Assembly (NCBI GenBank): GCA_002269645.1
Contig: NIVC01001387.1
Span: forward strand, 1 to 60,975
Reading direction: 5' to 3'
Origin: Macrostomum lignano
Lineage: Eukaryota
Length of the DNA stretch: 60,975 bases
Shown here: one piece after another, positions 37,171 to 49,600 of the stretch
Layout: the number at the start of each line of letters is the position of its first letter
Position numbering within the stretch: position 1 is the first letter of the stretch
Position numbers and translations under genes: made by a program
Notes under the pieces: generated by a model
Seen by the model: only the letters and a program-made list of their open reading frames with translations
Told to the model about the DNA's origin: nothing
Databases searched by the model: none

Positions 37171-38065
37171 ATATAAAACATAAAATAAAAATCATATAAA
37201 ACATAAAAGTAATATATCATATAAAACAAGTTAGAAAAATAGAAGAATAATTTAAAGCATAATATAAGCTTATAAAAAATATGTCAAATAGTCTTAGAGA
37301 ATTGCTAAGATATCAAGGCTTACTAGGGATTGTTGAGATGTCAGGGCTTACTGGGAAAATGGCTATAATGTCAAGGCTTTTGGGGGGAATTGCTGAAATA
37401 GCAAGACTTATAGGGAGAATTGCTTAGAGGTCAAGGCTTATGGGAAGAATTGCTAAGATATAAAGGCTAAGGCATTATATAGTTTATTCAAAAAATGATT
37501 ACATTCTTTAATTGCTTCCCAATGCTAGTAGAAAGGTCATTAGTAGACATAAAAGAAGTGTTATTTAAAACATTAAAATAAGTGCCAAGTCAAAAAGAAG
37601 AGTCATATAAAATCTAAAAGAAGCATCATGCCAGTGTCATGCCAGACGTAAAAGAGGCATCATTTTGAACATAGAAAATTCATTTGGGAATTGCTATGTA
37701 GTCAAGGCTTGGAGAGAATTGCTATATTGCTATGACTTATGAGGAATTATTAAAATGTCAAGGCCTATAGTGAAAGGCTAAATATGCTTGCATCACATAA
37801 GTACACTTATGTATTTATTGGCAAGTGTAAAAATAAGTTTGCAAAAACCATAGTGACTCTACTGTGCAGGCAATTTTTATAGCTGAGACACAAGTTTGTA
37901 GGCAATTTTTATGGCTAAGACATAAGCATGGAAGAAATTTTTATAACTATCTAGCACAAAGTCACAAAGCTGGTGGTCCAGCACAAAGTTGTGAAACTTT
38001 ATTTTCCCTATATTTTTTTCACAAAGTTATAATGTTTGGACTTAAAAATGCTAAAATTTTCAGAT

Positions 38066-38238
38066 TCAAAATGTTAAAATGTTGCTATTAGAAATGGTAA
38101 AATGTTCCAATTTAAAATGATTAAATGTTTAATAGTTAAGAATAGAACCACATATTCAAAATGTTAAAATGTTGCTATTAGAAATGGTAAAATGTTCCAA
38201 TTTAAAATGATTAAATGTTTAATAGTTAAGAATAGAAC
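38066..38238 (+). repeat. Local direct duplication of about 84 bp
   Basis: TTCAAAATGTTAAAATGTTGCTATT..AAGAATAGAAC occurs twice. Confidence 0.9.
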
Positions 38239-38409
38239 TTAACTATTCTATAGCTTCTATAGCTATAGCTATAGATTCTATAGCTCAGACTTATACAAGT
38301 CTGAGGCTAGGATTTGGTGGTCTGTTTAGTCTAGCACTGGCTGCAGCTGATGGTCCAGCACTGGCTATAGCTGATAGTCCAGCACTGGCTGCAGCTCAAG
38401 TAACAGCAG

Positions 38410-38745
38410 AATGATTCTGCGACACTGTCAATACATTGTGCTTTAAACTTCCACAAAGCTGATCCCAGTTGCCACGGAAGTAGCTGTGCACTTTGCATCA
38501 AATACCTCCCTCAGACTGGCACTGCTTACCTTAGCCTGCCTTTTAAGTTGCAATTTGAGTTTAGCAACTCCTGTCAAGGCTCCATTTTGTGGTTTTGCAT
38601 AGAGATATCTATACAAATTTGTCTATTATATTGGATAGTAGTGCAGTTTGGCTAGGTTTTCTGCGTGCATCAGTAGCCAGTAAGTAGCCTTGCACTCTGT
38701 TGTAGTCACTGTCCTTATAATATAAAAAGCCTTGATACCAATATA
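38410..38745 (-). pseudogene. Probable FLYWCH/Mutator (MULE) transposase N-terminal remnant
   Basis: WYQGFLYYKDSD..CT..C, then KLQLKRQAKVSSASLREVFDAKC..ISFVEV*STMY*QCRR, which resembles the region after FLYWCH in MULE transposases. Confidence 0.45.
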
Positions 38746-39616
38746 GGCACAAGCATCTTCTGTTTCTCTCAACTGGCTCTATTCTTGAACTATTTAGATT
38801 GGTGCCATCAGATGAGTATTAGGCTTTTAAGCCACACACACTTTCCCTCAGTTGTGCATCTTAAATGTACATGTAGTTTGCATTACATTGATTGGATTGA
38901 CTTCTTACCTAGCCTTATGTAACCTAATATTTTAAGCTAGTCTCATTGGCTAAGATTGTGGCTCTACCCCACCCATCCAGCTACCTTACCCATCCACCCA
39001 GCAGGAACTGCACTGACTTGATGGGAGAGCTGAATGTGCCTGTGTCTTATTAATCTAACTTCAAGCTGCAGCATTCAGATTGATACATCTAGAATATGCG
39101 CTTATGCCAGACTCATGCATTTAAGATGCGCACTTGTGCCAGACTCATGCATTTAAGATGTGCACTTGTGCCAGTGCACGCTTGTGTCACTAAGAGCAGT
39201 TAAAAATACATGCTTATGTCAGGCACACTTAATCATACATCCCACCTACAGGGCAAGAATTGCTAAGCTGTCAAGGCTTTAATGTTAGGATTAGGGTTAG
39301 TAGGAGTTGCTGAGATTTCAATGGTAATAGGGGAATTGTTGAGAGTTCAAAGCTTCTGGGAAGCATTGCTGAGATGTCAAAGTTCATTAGGGGAATAACT
39401 GAAATGTTAAGGCTTGTTGTATGTCAAGCCTTATAAGACAAGGAGAATTGCTGATGTTAATGTAAGAAATAGCTGAATGTATTTTATTCAAAAAATTGTA
39501 TTCCATTCTTTGTTGACTCCCCAATAGGGTGTGCTGATTGCTAGTATCAGCTAAAAATATTGCTAGGCCAAGACAAGAACTAAGCATATTAGGAAAGAAC
39601 AAACCAAGAAATCAAC

Positions 39617-39953
39617 AAGTATTATGATAATAGGTATCAAACATATGCTCAAGTCATTTTCACAAGCATTAGTCTTGTGTACCATAAAATGGTTTATATC
39701 AAATCATATCATAAAAATAGTGCAGAACTTGTTACTCCTATATAAAATACTTTTACATATACTTGTTTCTTAAGTGTTTCTTAAGTGTTTCTTACGTATT
39801 ATGATAATAGGTATCAAACATATGCTCAAGTCATTTTCACAAGCATTAGTCTTGTGTACCATAAAATGGTTTATATCAAATCATATCATAAAAATAGTGC
39901 AGAACTTGTTACTCTATATAAAATACTTTTACATATACTTGTTTCTTAAGTGT
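39617..39953 (+). repeat. Local direct duplication with a period of about 180 bp
   Basis: GTATTATGATAATAGGTATCAAAC..CTTGTTTCTTAAGTGT occurs twice, nearly identical. Confidence 0.9.
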
Positions 39954-40463
39954 CTTGTTTTTTCATGTTTTTATATTTATAGTTGCATTGGTTTTTTATT
40001 TAACAACAACAAATTACACAGCCCCGCAAGCAAAGTCACAAAGCAGGGTGCATTAGATGGCGCGCCACAGAGCCTGAGAGCAGACAAAGTCCGCCCTGTT
40101 GGTGGACCTCGGTTTATTTAAATATTTAATTCAAAGTGATTTCTAGGCGATTTATTTAAATATTTGAGACTTTATTTTAAAAATGCTTATGCTTTTCAAT
40201 TTTGCTATTTGACTTTTTGTAGAAATAACTGTGTAGTTAAGATAATGCTATTTACAGAAAGAGTTATATTGCTCTAATAAACATTCTGTTTTGTACTCGT
40301 AGATTATTAAATATTTTCTTTAAACATACTGCTGGCTGAATTTTTTTATGAAACTAGGAAACTAGGACACTAGTGAACTCTTGGTTATTTATCCTATGGG
40401 TTTTTGATTTGTGTAATTACCAAAGTTCATACAACTCCGTTTTCATATTTTCTAACCTTTTGC

Positions 40464-41774
40464 ATGGGGCAACGACAGTCACAACAAGGCCAGGGTGGCG
40501 AAAAGGACAAGGAGAAGAAGCGGAAATATGAGCCTCCCGTACCAACCAGAATCGGTAAGAAGAAGAAATCGCGCGGCCCGGATTCTGCCGATCGCCTTCC
40601 GACTGTAACGCCGCACACGCGCTGCAAGCTGCGACTGCTTAAGCTCGAGCGCATCAAGGACTATTTACTGATGGAGGAAGAGTTCATTAAGAACCAGGAA
40701 CGCCTCAAAACCGATGAAGAAAAAAATGAAGAAGAACGGTCTAAAATCGATGATCTTCGGGGATCACCAATGTCGGTTGGATCACTTGAAGAAATCATTG
40801 ACGATAATCACGCCATTGTAAGCACATCTGTCGGTTCGGAGCACTACGTGAGTGTCCTAAGCTTTGTCGACAAAGACCTGCTGGAGCCGGGCTGCTCCGT
40901 ATTGCTCAACCACAAAATGCACTCCGTTGTTGGTGTTTTAGCCGATGATGCTGACCCTATGGTGTCAATGATGAAATTGGACAAGGCGCCTAAAGAGACC
41001 TACGCGGATATAGGGGGTCTGGACACCCAGATTCAGGAGATCAAAGAGTCTGTCGAGCTTCCACTGACCCATCCAGAGCTTTATGAGGAAATGGGCATAA
41101 AGCCACCCAAAGGTGTGATTTTGTATGGGGCTCCCGGCACTGGAAAGACACTGCTAGCCAAAGCAGTGGCGTCAGCGACTTCTGCTACATTCCTGCGTGT
41201 TGTCGGGTCTGAACTTATCCAAAAATACCTTGGCGATGGGCCTAAGCTCGTTCGTGAAATCTTTCGCGTCGCTGAAGAGCATGCGCCATCCATCGTGTTC
41301 ATTGACGAAATTGATGCTGTCGGTACCAAGCGTTATGAGTCGAACTCTGGTGGCGAGCGTGAGATCCAGCGCACCATGCTAGAGTTACTGAATCAGCTTG
41401 ATGGCTTCGACTCACGTGGCGATGTCAAGGTGATCATGGCTACCAACCGCATTGATAGCCTGGATCCTGCTCTAATCCGACCTGGCCGCATCGATCGAAA
41501 AATCGAATTTCCTCTGCCTGATGAAAAGACCAAGCGTCGCATCGTGAACATACACACGTCTAAGATGACTCTGGCTGACGATGTGAACCTGGAAGAGTAC
41601 ATTATGTCGAAGGAAGAGCTCTCTGGTGCAGATATTAAGGCCATCTGCACAGAGGCCGGTCTCTTGGCTTTGCGTGAGCGTCGCATGAAAGTTACTAATG
41701 AGGACTTTAAGAAGGCTAAAGATAATGTGCTTTACAGGAAAAACGAGGGCACGCCGGAGGGTCTATATATCTGA
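40464..41774 (+). CDS. PSMC1: 26S proteasome AAA-ATPase subunit Rpt2 (regulatory subunit 4), 436 aa, single exon
   Basis: MGQ.. N-terminus, [12 protein letters not shown], Walker A GAPGTGKT, Walker [10 protein letters not shown]-terminal EGLYI. Confidence 0.98.
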   Translation: MGQRQSQQGQGGEKDKEKKRKYEPPVPTRIGKKKKSRGPDSADRLPTVTPHTRCKLRLLKLERIKDYLLMEEEFIKNQERLKTDEEKNEEERSKIDDLRGSPMSVGSLEEIIDDNHAIVSTSVGSEHYVSVLSFVDKDLLEPGCSVLLNHKMHSVVGVLADDADPMVSMMKLDKAPKETYADIGGLDTQIQEIKESVELPLTHPELYEEMGIKPPKGVILYGAPGTGKTLLAKAVASATSATFLRVVGSELIQKYLGDGPKLVREIFRVAEEHAPSIVFIDEIDAVGTKRYESNSGGEREIQRTMLELLNQLDGFDSRGDVKVIMATNRIDSLDPALIRPGRIDRKIEFPLPDEKTKRRIVNIHTSKMTLADDVNLEEYIMSKEELSGADIKAICTEAGLLALRERRMKVTNEDFKKAKDNVLYRKNEGTPEGLYI

Positions 41775-43645
41775 CGTCATAAATTCCTGCGTAACTGCTT
41801 TATTATTGCAACCCATGCAGGCTCTTAATTTTGTTCAAGGAATGCACCTACCTTTTTGAACTCCGGTAATGTCGGTCTTTTGTCATGTAACTTAAAATTT
41901 GGTAATTGCGCTCCCCTTTTCTTTAACCTGGCTAATTATTAGGGCTCTGTTATATGCAATGAAAGGCATGTCATTGTTGTTACTGTAAATGATAGATAAT
42001 CACCGCAGCAGTGTGGTATTAAAAAGCCTGCAACCTGTAGTAGCGTCCTAATCCAGTCTTATCTATTTGATATGAGCTAGTACGAGTCCTGTTTCTGATC
42101 GCTGTAAATGCGGTGGCAACAAAGGCAATGATTTTAATTATACATTTAGCCATCAGAGTTCTAACAATGACCGCTAAAATAATTTAGACAACTGAAAAAT
42201 TACAACCCTTTGGAATGTACGCTATTGACTCTACAGTCTACTCCGCTATCTACAATAACATAATTTACAGTCAACAGGCTCTTAGTTGTAAGTGTTGTTT
42301 TTATTCTTAGTTACAGCAACCGTTTTGAACTTACCCAAAATACTTGTAAAACATTCTTAGCAATATGCATGAGTATAAAAACGTATCCTATACGGTACTC
42401 AAAATGAATTTCATAAACTGCCAGAAGCTTCACCAAGCATATTTGTATTGGTCTTTAAAAATTCGTGCTATTATTTAACAGCCCTCAGCTTCTAAGTTGA
42501 CATCTACTATAGTCCGTGTTAAGCTAAATGATACTAAAAATAATATTCAGCTTTTTCTCTTCACATCTTGAGCAAATTGCTCAAGCTCAACTTTCTCAAC
42601 TAGTTAGCGACCTAAAATAAACTGAAGCTTCTTGCGATCCTCGCACTGTTTGCTAAGCATCGTGTTTTTTATTTCCTTGTTTGCAACAAACGTATCGACA
42701 GTTTCTACGAGTAAGGAGAAGAAAATAAACTAGACCGTTGATTTGCATCGTAGGTAGCTAGCTATTCTAGCATCGAATAGAGTTGAAATTGAAATTTTAT
42801 TAGTGTTTGATATAGCATTTCGCGTTCTAGCAAAGAATTTTTGTGTGATGGCCGGGGCTGTGGATCCCTCCGCAGCCTGACCAGGGTCTGCTAATCCCTT
42901 GACTACGTCACACCCCGTTTGTTCCCCTCACTGACTCACTGGAGTCCCCCTCTGAACACCCCAAGTTAAGCCACAGCACGCCTGGCTAAGTTGGCACACA
43001 AATATATGATAAACCTGGCCCTCTCGTGTTCTGGACACGTCATTATCTATCTGCCACTCAGGAGCCACTTTCCAGTGCAAATATTGCTAATCGTTATTTT
43101 TGCTATCACTTGCCTTTTTCTTGAAAACAGAATAATTTTAATTCTTTTCTATCATTGCTCACAGCTACAAATAACTGTTTCGCAATATTGTGGCCAAGTC
43201 AAGGCTCATATATTATGCCAACTACATTTTTAGTATATACCGGTAGGATCTCAATCACGTAGTACGTAGTTGAGAAGAACAAGAACCAATTCTAAAAGTT
43301 GAACTCATTAAAAAGACAATCAGGGGAGTTCTGTATGTCATTATTGAGGCGGGGTGATTAGGGGACGAGGATATGTGCTGAGAGGGGTTTCTTCCATCGT
43401 GCTTTTTGAGAGATGTTTCATCGCACAGGCTCCCGGAGGAGGCACAAAATCACTAGTTGTAGGCTAAATGTGGTGACTTGAAACAAAGTCCGCTTTGACC
43501 GATAGTTGCAAACCTTGATCGAGTAGGTTCTTTGGATACTTATTAAAGCTCCTGTTACTCGTACATTGGTGTTGAAAATGAGATGGGCTAACTAAAGAAA
43601 CGACAATTTATGCATGCTTTAAGATATCCGTGATCATCTGTGACA

Positions 43646-46600
43646 ATGGCGGAGTCGACTTCAGCTCAAGCGGCAGTGGAACCTGCATCTCACGGTCCCG
43701 TTTGCTTGCTAATATTAGGCATGGCTGGGAGTGGAAAGACTACATTTGTGCAGCGCCTGAATGCCCATTTATCACAAAAGTCTTCTACCTACCTTATAAA
43801 TATTGATCCAGCTGTCCTGCACGTGCCTTATCAGGTAGCTTCACTGAGTTCGTTGTGCTTAATCCATCCAGTGCAGAGTTGGCATTTTAATTCTACTTCA
43901 GAAATAGTATGAAGAGATCCCAACTTGTCAGATTCCAATTTTGCAACAAGGAAACCACTGGTTCGAAAAATGTAGATGTCAGTCCCAACATTGGCTTCTA
44001 CTGTCTGTATAAATGCTAAAGCTCTTGTGCATACGCCGATAGTGTAGCAGTAGGAGTTGTATGCAGTCTGCCGCAAGAATTTCCGTGGAAAGGCCATGGG
44101 CCTAGTGTGTGAACATAGCGCCTATGTAAATGCATTGGTGCACTCTTTACACTCTATTACCATATCTATAGATCTACGCTCGTATCTATGCGTGTGCATA
44201 TGGGGAAAATTGCCTGGTGATTTGGATATAAGGACTGAAAATTTCCTACTGTGTGATTAACCCCATTAAATTAAATACTGATTTTGTTTAAACTCTACCT
44301 GTTGGAATTCTGTTAGAAACAAAAATTAACAGTACGCGCTGCCCATCCTGTGTGCATGAAGTTTGCATAACCTGCAAGTTATGCCGACTCGGTTGGTTAA
44401 AATCGTATGAGCACACTGCTCGTGCTGCACTGCAGCATCACCCGCTGGCTAATCTGCTACGAATGTAAATTCCCATACAGCATTGGCGAAAAGTAGTCTT
44501 TCCCTGATCAGTGCGAACAGTGCGCGGTTGCTACTTTGAACTTCTTAATATGCTCTCAAGTGCCGATTTCACTTCTATAGAAGACTTGCTCTTTAATGCC
44601 CTCGCCCATGCGCACTTGGACAGCACATTAATGCATCTTAGAATATACCTGTAGCCATTATTATACTTGGAAAAAGGAATCATCTTCAGATTCAGCTCCC
44701 ATTGATCATCAATGCTTTGAACTATAATTGGGTCGTTAGCCAGCTTTTCACAGCCTTTTCACTCACTCGGACAACCCTATTTGCGAACTTTCATAAATTT
44801 TTGCAGCCAGAAAAACGGACTTCTTGAACTTTAGGTAGATAAAATAGTTGCAATATTGATAGGATCATAAGTTTGTCTCTACAGGGGTTTTTAATGGTGC
44901 TGATTTCAAATTTAAGCTTCATTTTTTGTAGCTTAAAGCCAACCACCGGGGCATGGGAAATGGGGGGTTTTAGGGTGAGGAGAATCTTCATGAGAAATGA
45001 TTTTATGTACCTAAACTTCAATAGAGGCATGGAGGTCTATAGAAGATTAGGTAGATAAATTTGCAGGCTGAGGGGCGGGGGTGGGGGTGAAGGGAGGGGC
45101 TAACAACTACCAACAACAGGGCATGGGGAATGGGGGGGGTTTGGGGAGAATCGTCATGAGGATATATTTTATGTACCTAAACTTCAATAGAGGCATGGGG
45201 GTCTATTGAAGATTAGGTAGATAAATTCCGAACCCGAGGGGGAACCTGAGGGGGTGGCTGACAACCACCAACCACCAAGGCATGGGGAATGAGGCGTTTT
45301 AGGGTAGGGAGAATCTTCATAGGGATTGATTTTACGTACCTAAACTTCAATATAGGCATGGAGGTCTATTGTAGATTAGGTAGATTATTCGGAGACTGAG
45401 GGGGTCCAGGGGGGAATTGTAATAAAGCTTAAATTAAAAATTCAGCAAGTTAGGCCTATCGAACACCTCTATCGAACACCTTAAGATAATCCTCTGTACG
45501 GTCTTCCGGCAGGCGCTTGAGCCAGATGGTGCCGCTATTGATCACGAGTTTGTCAAAGCCAAGCTTGACGGTGATGTGCCGATTGATTGCCCAATACCGA
45601 GTGCACAAGCTAGCGTTTCAGCTGCTTCACCTTCTCCCATTGGTACGCATTGAGGTTAAAGCCAGGGATGCCTGCCCTGAGCCCGCTTTTAGAGGAGAAG
45701 AAACATCGGATTGCCATAAAGCGATGACCCTCGTACTCTTGCACTTGGACTTTGAAGCCTTCACAAAGATCAATCAATGTCTGTTTCTTTAAATGAGATG
45801 CTTCAAAAATTTTCTTTCCTCATAAAGCCTAAGTGGAGCAGGGTGAGTGCCAATAATGAGTTTCCTCCAGTAAATATATCAGTATGCATTTTTTATCCAC
45901 CGGGCCCCCATGGTGCTGTAGTCTTTACAATAAATTTCTCTGGCTTACGACAAAGTCCACGCATTTAAACAAATCACACGTCCCCTAACCAGCCCCCACG
46001 ATATTTCCATGGCTTTCCTGCGGTAGAGTTTTCCACGCAAAACATAAATTTTCTATATCTTTACGCATCAAACAGTTAATGTATTCATAAACAGATTATT
46101 TTCTTACCGTTATTGAACAACAGTAATAAAACTGATTATATTGCCGCCAGTTTTAAAGTCTTTAATAAACCGCCATCGCAACTACTCACCATGCATTAAT
46201 TCCATGACATGCATTAGAACAACAGCGGCTATGTATTATATATAGCCGCTGTTGTTTATAATATAACGGGTGTCCCAAAAAAGGTAACACTTTGTGCGCT
46301 CACTGTGAGTGAGCAGTTAGGCCTATAGCACAGTAATTTAACAGGTCCACAGTAAACATTTGTAAGTTTTTCCCACAAACATTTGGTTGCGAAAAATTGC
46401 TCCAGAGGCGAGTTATTGAGCACAGAAGTGTACGCTAGCTTTTCTGCCAAGCTTTGCCATACACAGCTGCCATAGACAAGCTTTTGCTTTAAAAATTTTA
46501 ACGTTAGATCAGTCTCAGAGTCTATGCATGCTCTGTCATTTTTCTTACGCAAAAGATTGTCTATGGCCTCCGTCTATGGCAAAGCTTAGCAGAGAAGCTA

Positions 46601-49600
46601 GCGTACACTTCTGTGCTCAAAAAAATCAATAAAATTTTTTCAAATAAACTGGTATTTGACCACACACCGTCTCAGAGTATATGCTCCTTAAGATTTTTTA
46701 AAGCAAAAGCTTGTCTATGGCAGCTGTGTATGGCAAAGCTTGGCAGAAAAGCTAGCGTACACTTCTGTGCTCAATAACTCGCCTCTGGAGCAATTTTTCG
46801 CAACCAAATGTTTGTGGGAAAAACTTACAAATGTTTACTGTGGACCTGTTAAATTACTGTGCTATAGGCCTAACTGCTCACTCACAGTGAGCGCACAAAG
46901 TGTTACCTTTTTTGGGACACCCGTTATAATATATATATACGCTCGTAATATATCTCATTAGGCCCCACGCTATTTCCGTGGCTTTCCCCGCGGCAGAGTT
47001 CTCCCATTCAATCACATAGACGCCCGTCTGATGCGGGTCTATGGCTTTTACACGGTAATTCCTGCGGCAGAGTGCATCAATGGTATTTACATTAGCGCCA
47101 TGTTCACACACTAGGCCCATGGCTTTTCCACGGAAATTCCTGCGGCAGAGTGAACACAACTCCTACTACTACTACTGCCGATCCGTATCGAGCACGAACA
47201 ATTTGCTTGCCCTGATACTTAGTTTTATAAACCAGCTGTGCGCAAGAAGTGCTCCACAGAATTGAAACAGCTAAGCAGGACGAGACACGTGAATTTACTA
47301 AAAAAATTGTAACCTTAATCAGCTTCATTCATTCACGTGGTGGCTCTCCATTTAATATAATATTTTATTGCTTTTTCGGTTAATAATAGCTTTTATGTAT
47401 CCTTATATACATAGGTAAATATCTATCCGCATAGATTAATATTGCTTCTGTATACTTATCACAACACCTAAATTTAGCTATGTTATGTTTTTTATGTCTC
47501 GGATTTTATTAAAAAAGCTCTACCGATTCTTGAATTCGCACCACATTTTTTCACGTTTGGTAAAAAACTTTTCTCGTTAAAAATCTCGTCAGCGTGGGAT
47601 TAAGCTGAATAATTTTTAGAACCGACAATAACCCAGATAGTAGCCAAAACTAAGGTCATTCTTTGGTCCTGATATCAGCCATAGTTTTAACAAAACCAAG
47701 GAATAATTCAAATGTTAGCGGAGCTTAAACCAAGCATTAGGCCAGACAAAGAGCCGAGAATTTTTTCCAAAAAAACATACCAGACATCAGCGCCACGCAA
47801 TAATTCCTATATTGTATTTTAATACCATTGTGCTTCATTTTCATTGCTAACTGTAATGGTAGTGCTAATATGTGAAGCTTAATTAAATGGGAAATTCCGT
47901 AGAATTAAAGGGTAAGTGCTGGGATATCAAGAATTAAAGAGTAGACGCTGGTGCTGAGATGGTAAGCTTAAGGGGTAAGTGGGCCACCGAGGCTTGAAGT
48001 GGAGTGCTGAGACGTCAAGGTTCAGGAGAAACGCTGATATGCCAAGAAAAAAGAGATGAAGAGAACGCAAGCGACGCAGCCAATCAGCGATCAACAAAGC
48101 CAAATAGGAAACCAGACCAGTTTTTACCGATCTTACTGTTTTCAAAACAAATCCATATACTAAATGTCTTGATACTAAGCTAGTTATCAACCTGTTATTT
48201 TTCACTGCATCTACAGGTAGGAATTGATATACGTGACACAGTAAACTACAAGGAAGTCATGGCTCAGTACCGTCTCGGTCCTAACGGTGCAATTCTGACC
48301 TGTCTAAACCTATTCGCTACTAAGTTTGATCAAGTAATTAATTTGATTAACTCGCGCCGATCGAGTATAGAGTTTGTAATAGTTGACACACCTGGTCAGA
48401 TTGAAGCTTTTACCTGGTCAGCCTCTGGCTCAATCATTACTGAGGCACTGGCTGCACAGCTTCCTACTGTTCTCGTCTACGTGATGGACACACCACGGAG
48501 CCACTCACCAGTTACGTTTATGTCAAATATGCTATACGCCTGCAGCATTCTATACAAGACACGCCTGCCGTTTGTCGTTGCGCTCAACAAGACGGACATT
48601 ATATCTGCTGACTTTGCCATGGAGTGGATGACCAATTTCGAAGCCTTTCAGGTATTTTAGCAGTCTTTTGTACTTTTTTATTAAATGACGTTCTATTTAT
48701 TACCCGTATGTATTTAGTTTACTCGTAGTAATTTGTTTCTTTGCGCTTTTTCCTTTTTAAAGCAAGTCGTATTTTTTTCAAAACTAAGTTGCGGTGGTTT
48801 TAAGTATAGCATTAAGTGATTTAGTTTCGAATTCGACTGAAGAAAGTCTGTGTACTACTCGTAGCAATATTGTAACGCCACTTTGGAAGCCGTTACAATA
48901 AAACATATCCCCTTCATTAGCATTAGCAGGGTCCCTTGAAGGAATGGTATCTGCATGATAAAACAGTAACAGGGATCATTCGGGGAATGGCATCAGTTAC
49001 TCTCAGAATGTTGAAACAGTAACAGGGTTCTTTCCAGGAATGGCATCAGTTACTCACAGAATGTTGAAACAGTAACAGGGTTCCCTCCGGGAATGGTATC
49101 AGTTACTCTCAGAATGTTGAAACAGTAACAGGGCTCCCTCCGGGAATGGTATCAGTTACTCTCAGAATGTTGAAACAGTAACAGGGTTCCCTCCGGGAAT
49201 GGTATCAGTTACTCTCAGAATGTTGAAACAGTAACAGGGTTCCTTCCGGGAATGGTATCAGTTACTCTCAGAATGTTGAAACAGTAACAGGGCTCCCTCC
49301 GGGAATGGCATCAGTTACTCTCAGAATGTTGAAACAGTAACAGGGTTCCTTCCGGGAATTGGTATCAGTTACTCTCAGAATGTTTAAACAGTAACAGGGT
49401 TCCTTCCGGGAATGGTATCAGTTACTCTCAGAATGTTTAAACAGTAACAGGGTTCCTTCCGGGAATGGCATCAGTTACTCTCAGAATGTTGAAACAGTAA
49501 CAGGGTTCCTTCCGGGAATGGTATCAGTTACTCTCAGAATGTTGAAACAGTAACAGGGTTCCCTCCGGGAATGGTATCAGTTACTCTCATAATGTTTAAA

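Noticed and set aside
40455-40466. Spliced-leader remnant (TTGCATG, like flatworm SL ends) before PSMC1
   Set aside because: A 7-nt match is too short, and the upstream sequence does not resemble any SL I can recall
42844-43425. Solo LTR between PSMC1 and GPN1 (TGTGATG..CATCGCA)
   Set aside because: No target-site duplication and no second copy in the window
46256-46961. Two ORFs encoding the same peptide on opposite strands
   Set aside because: A simple consequence of the MITE inverted arms
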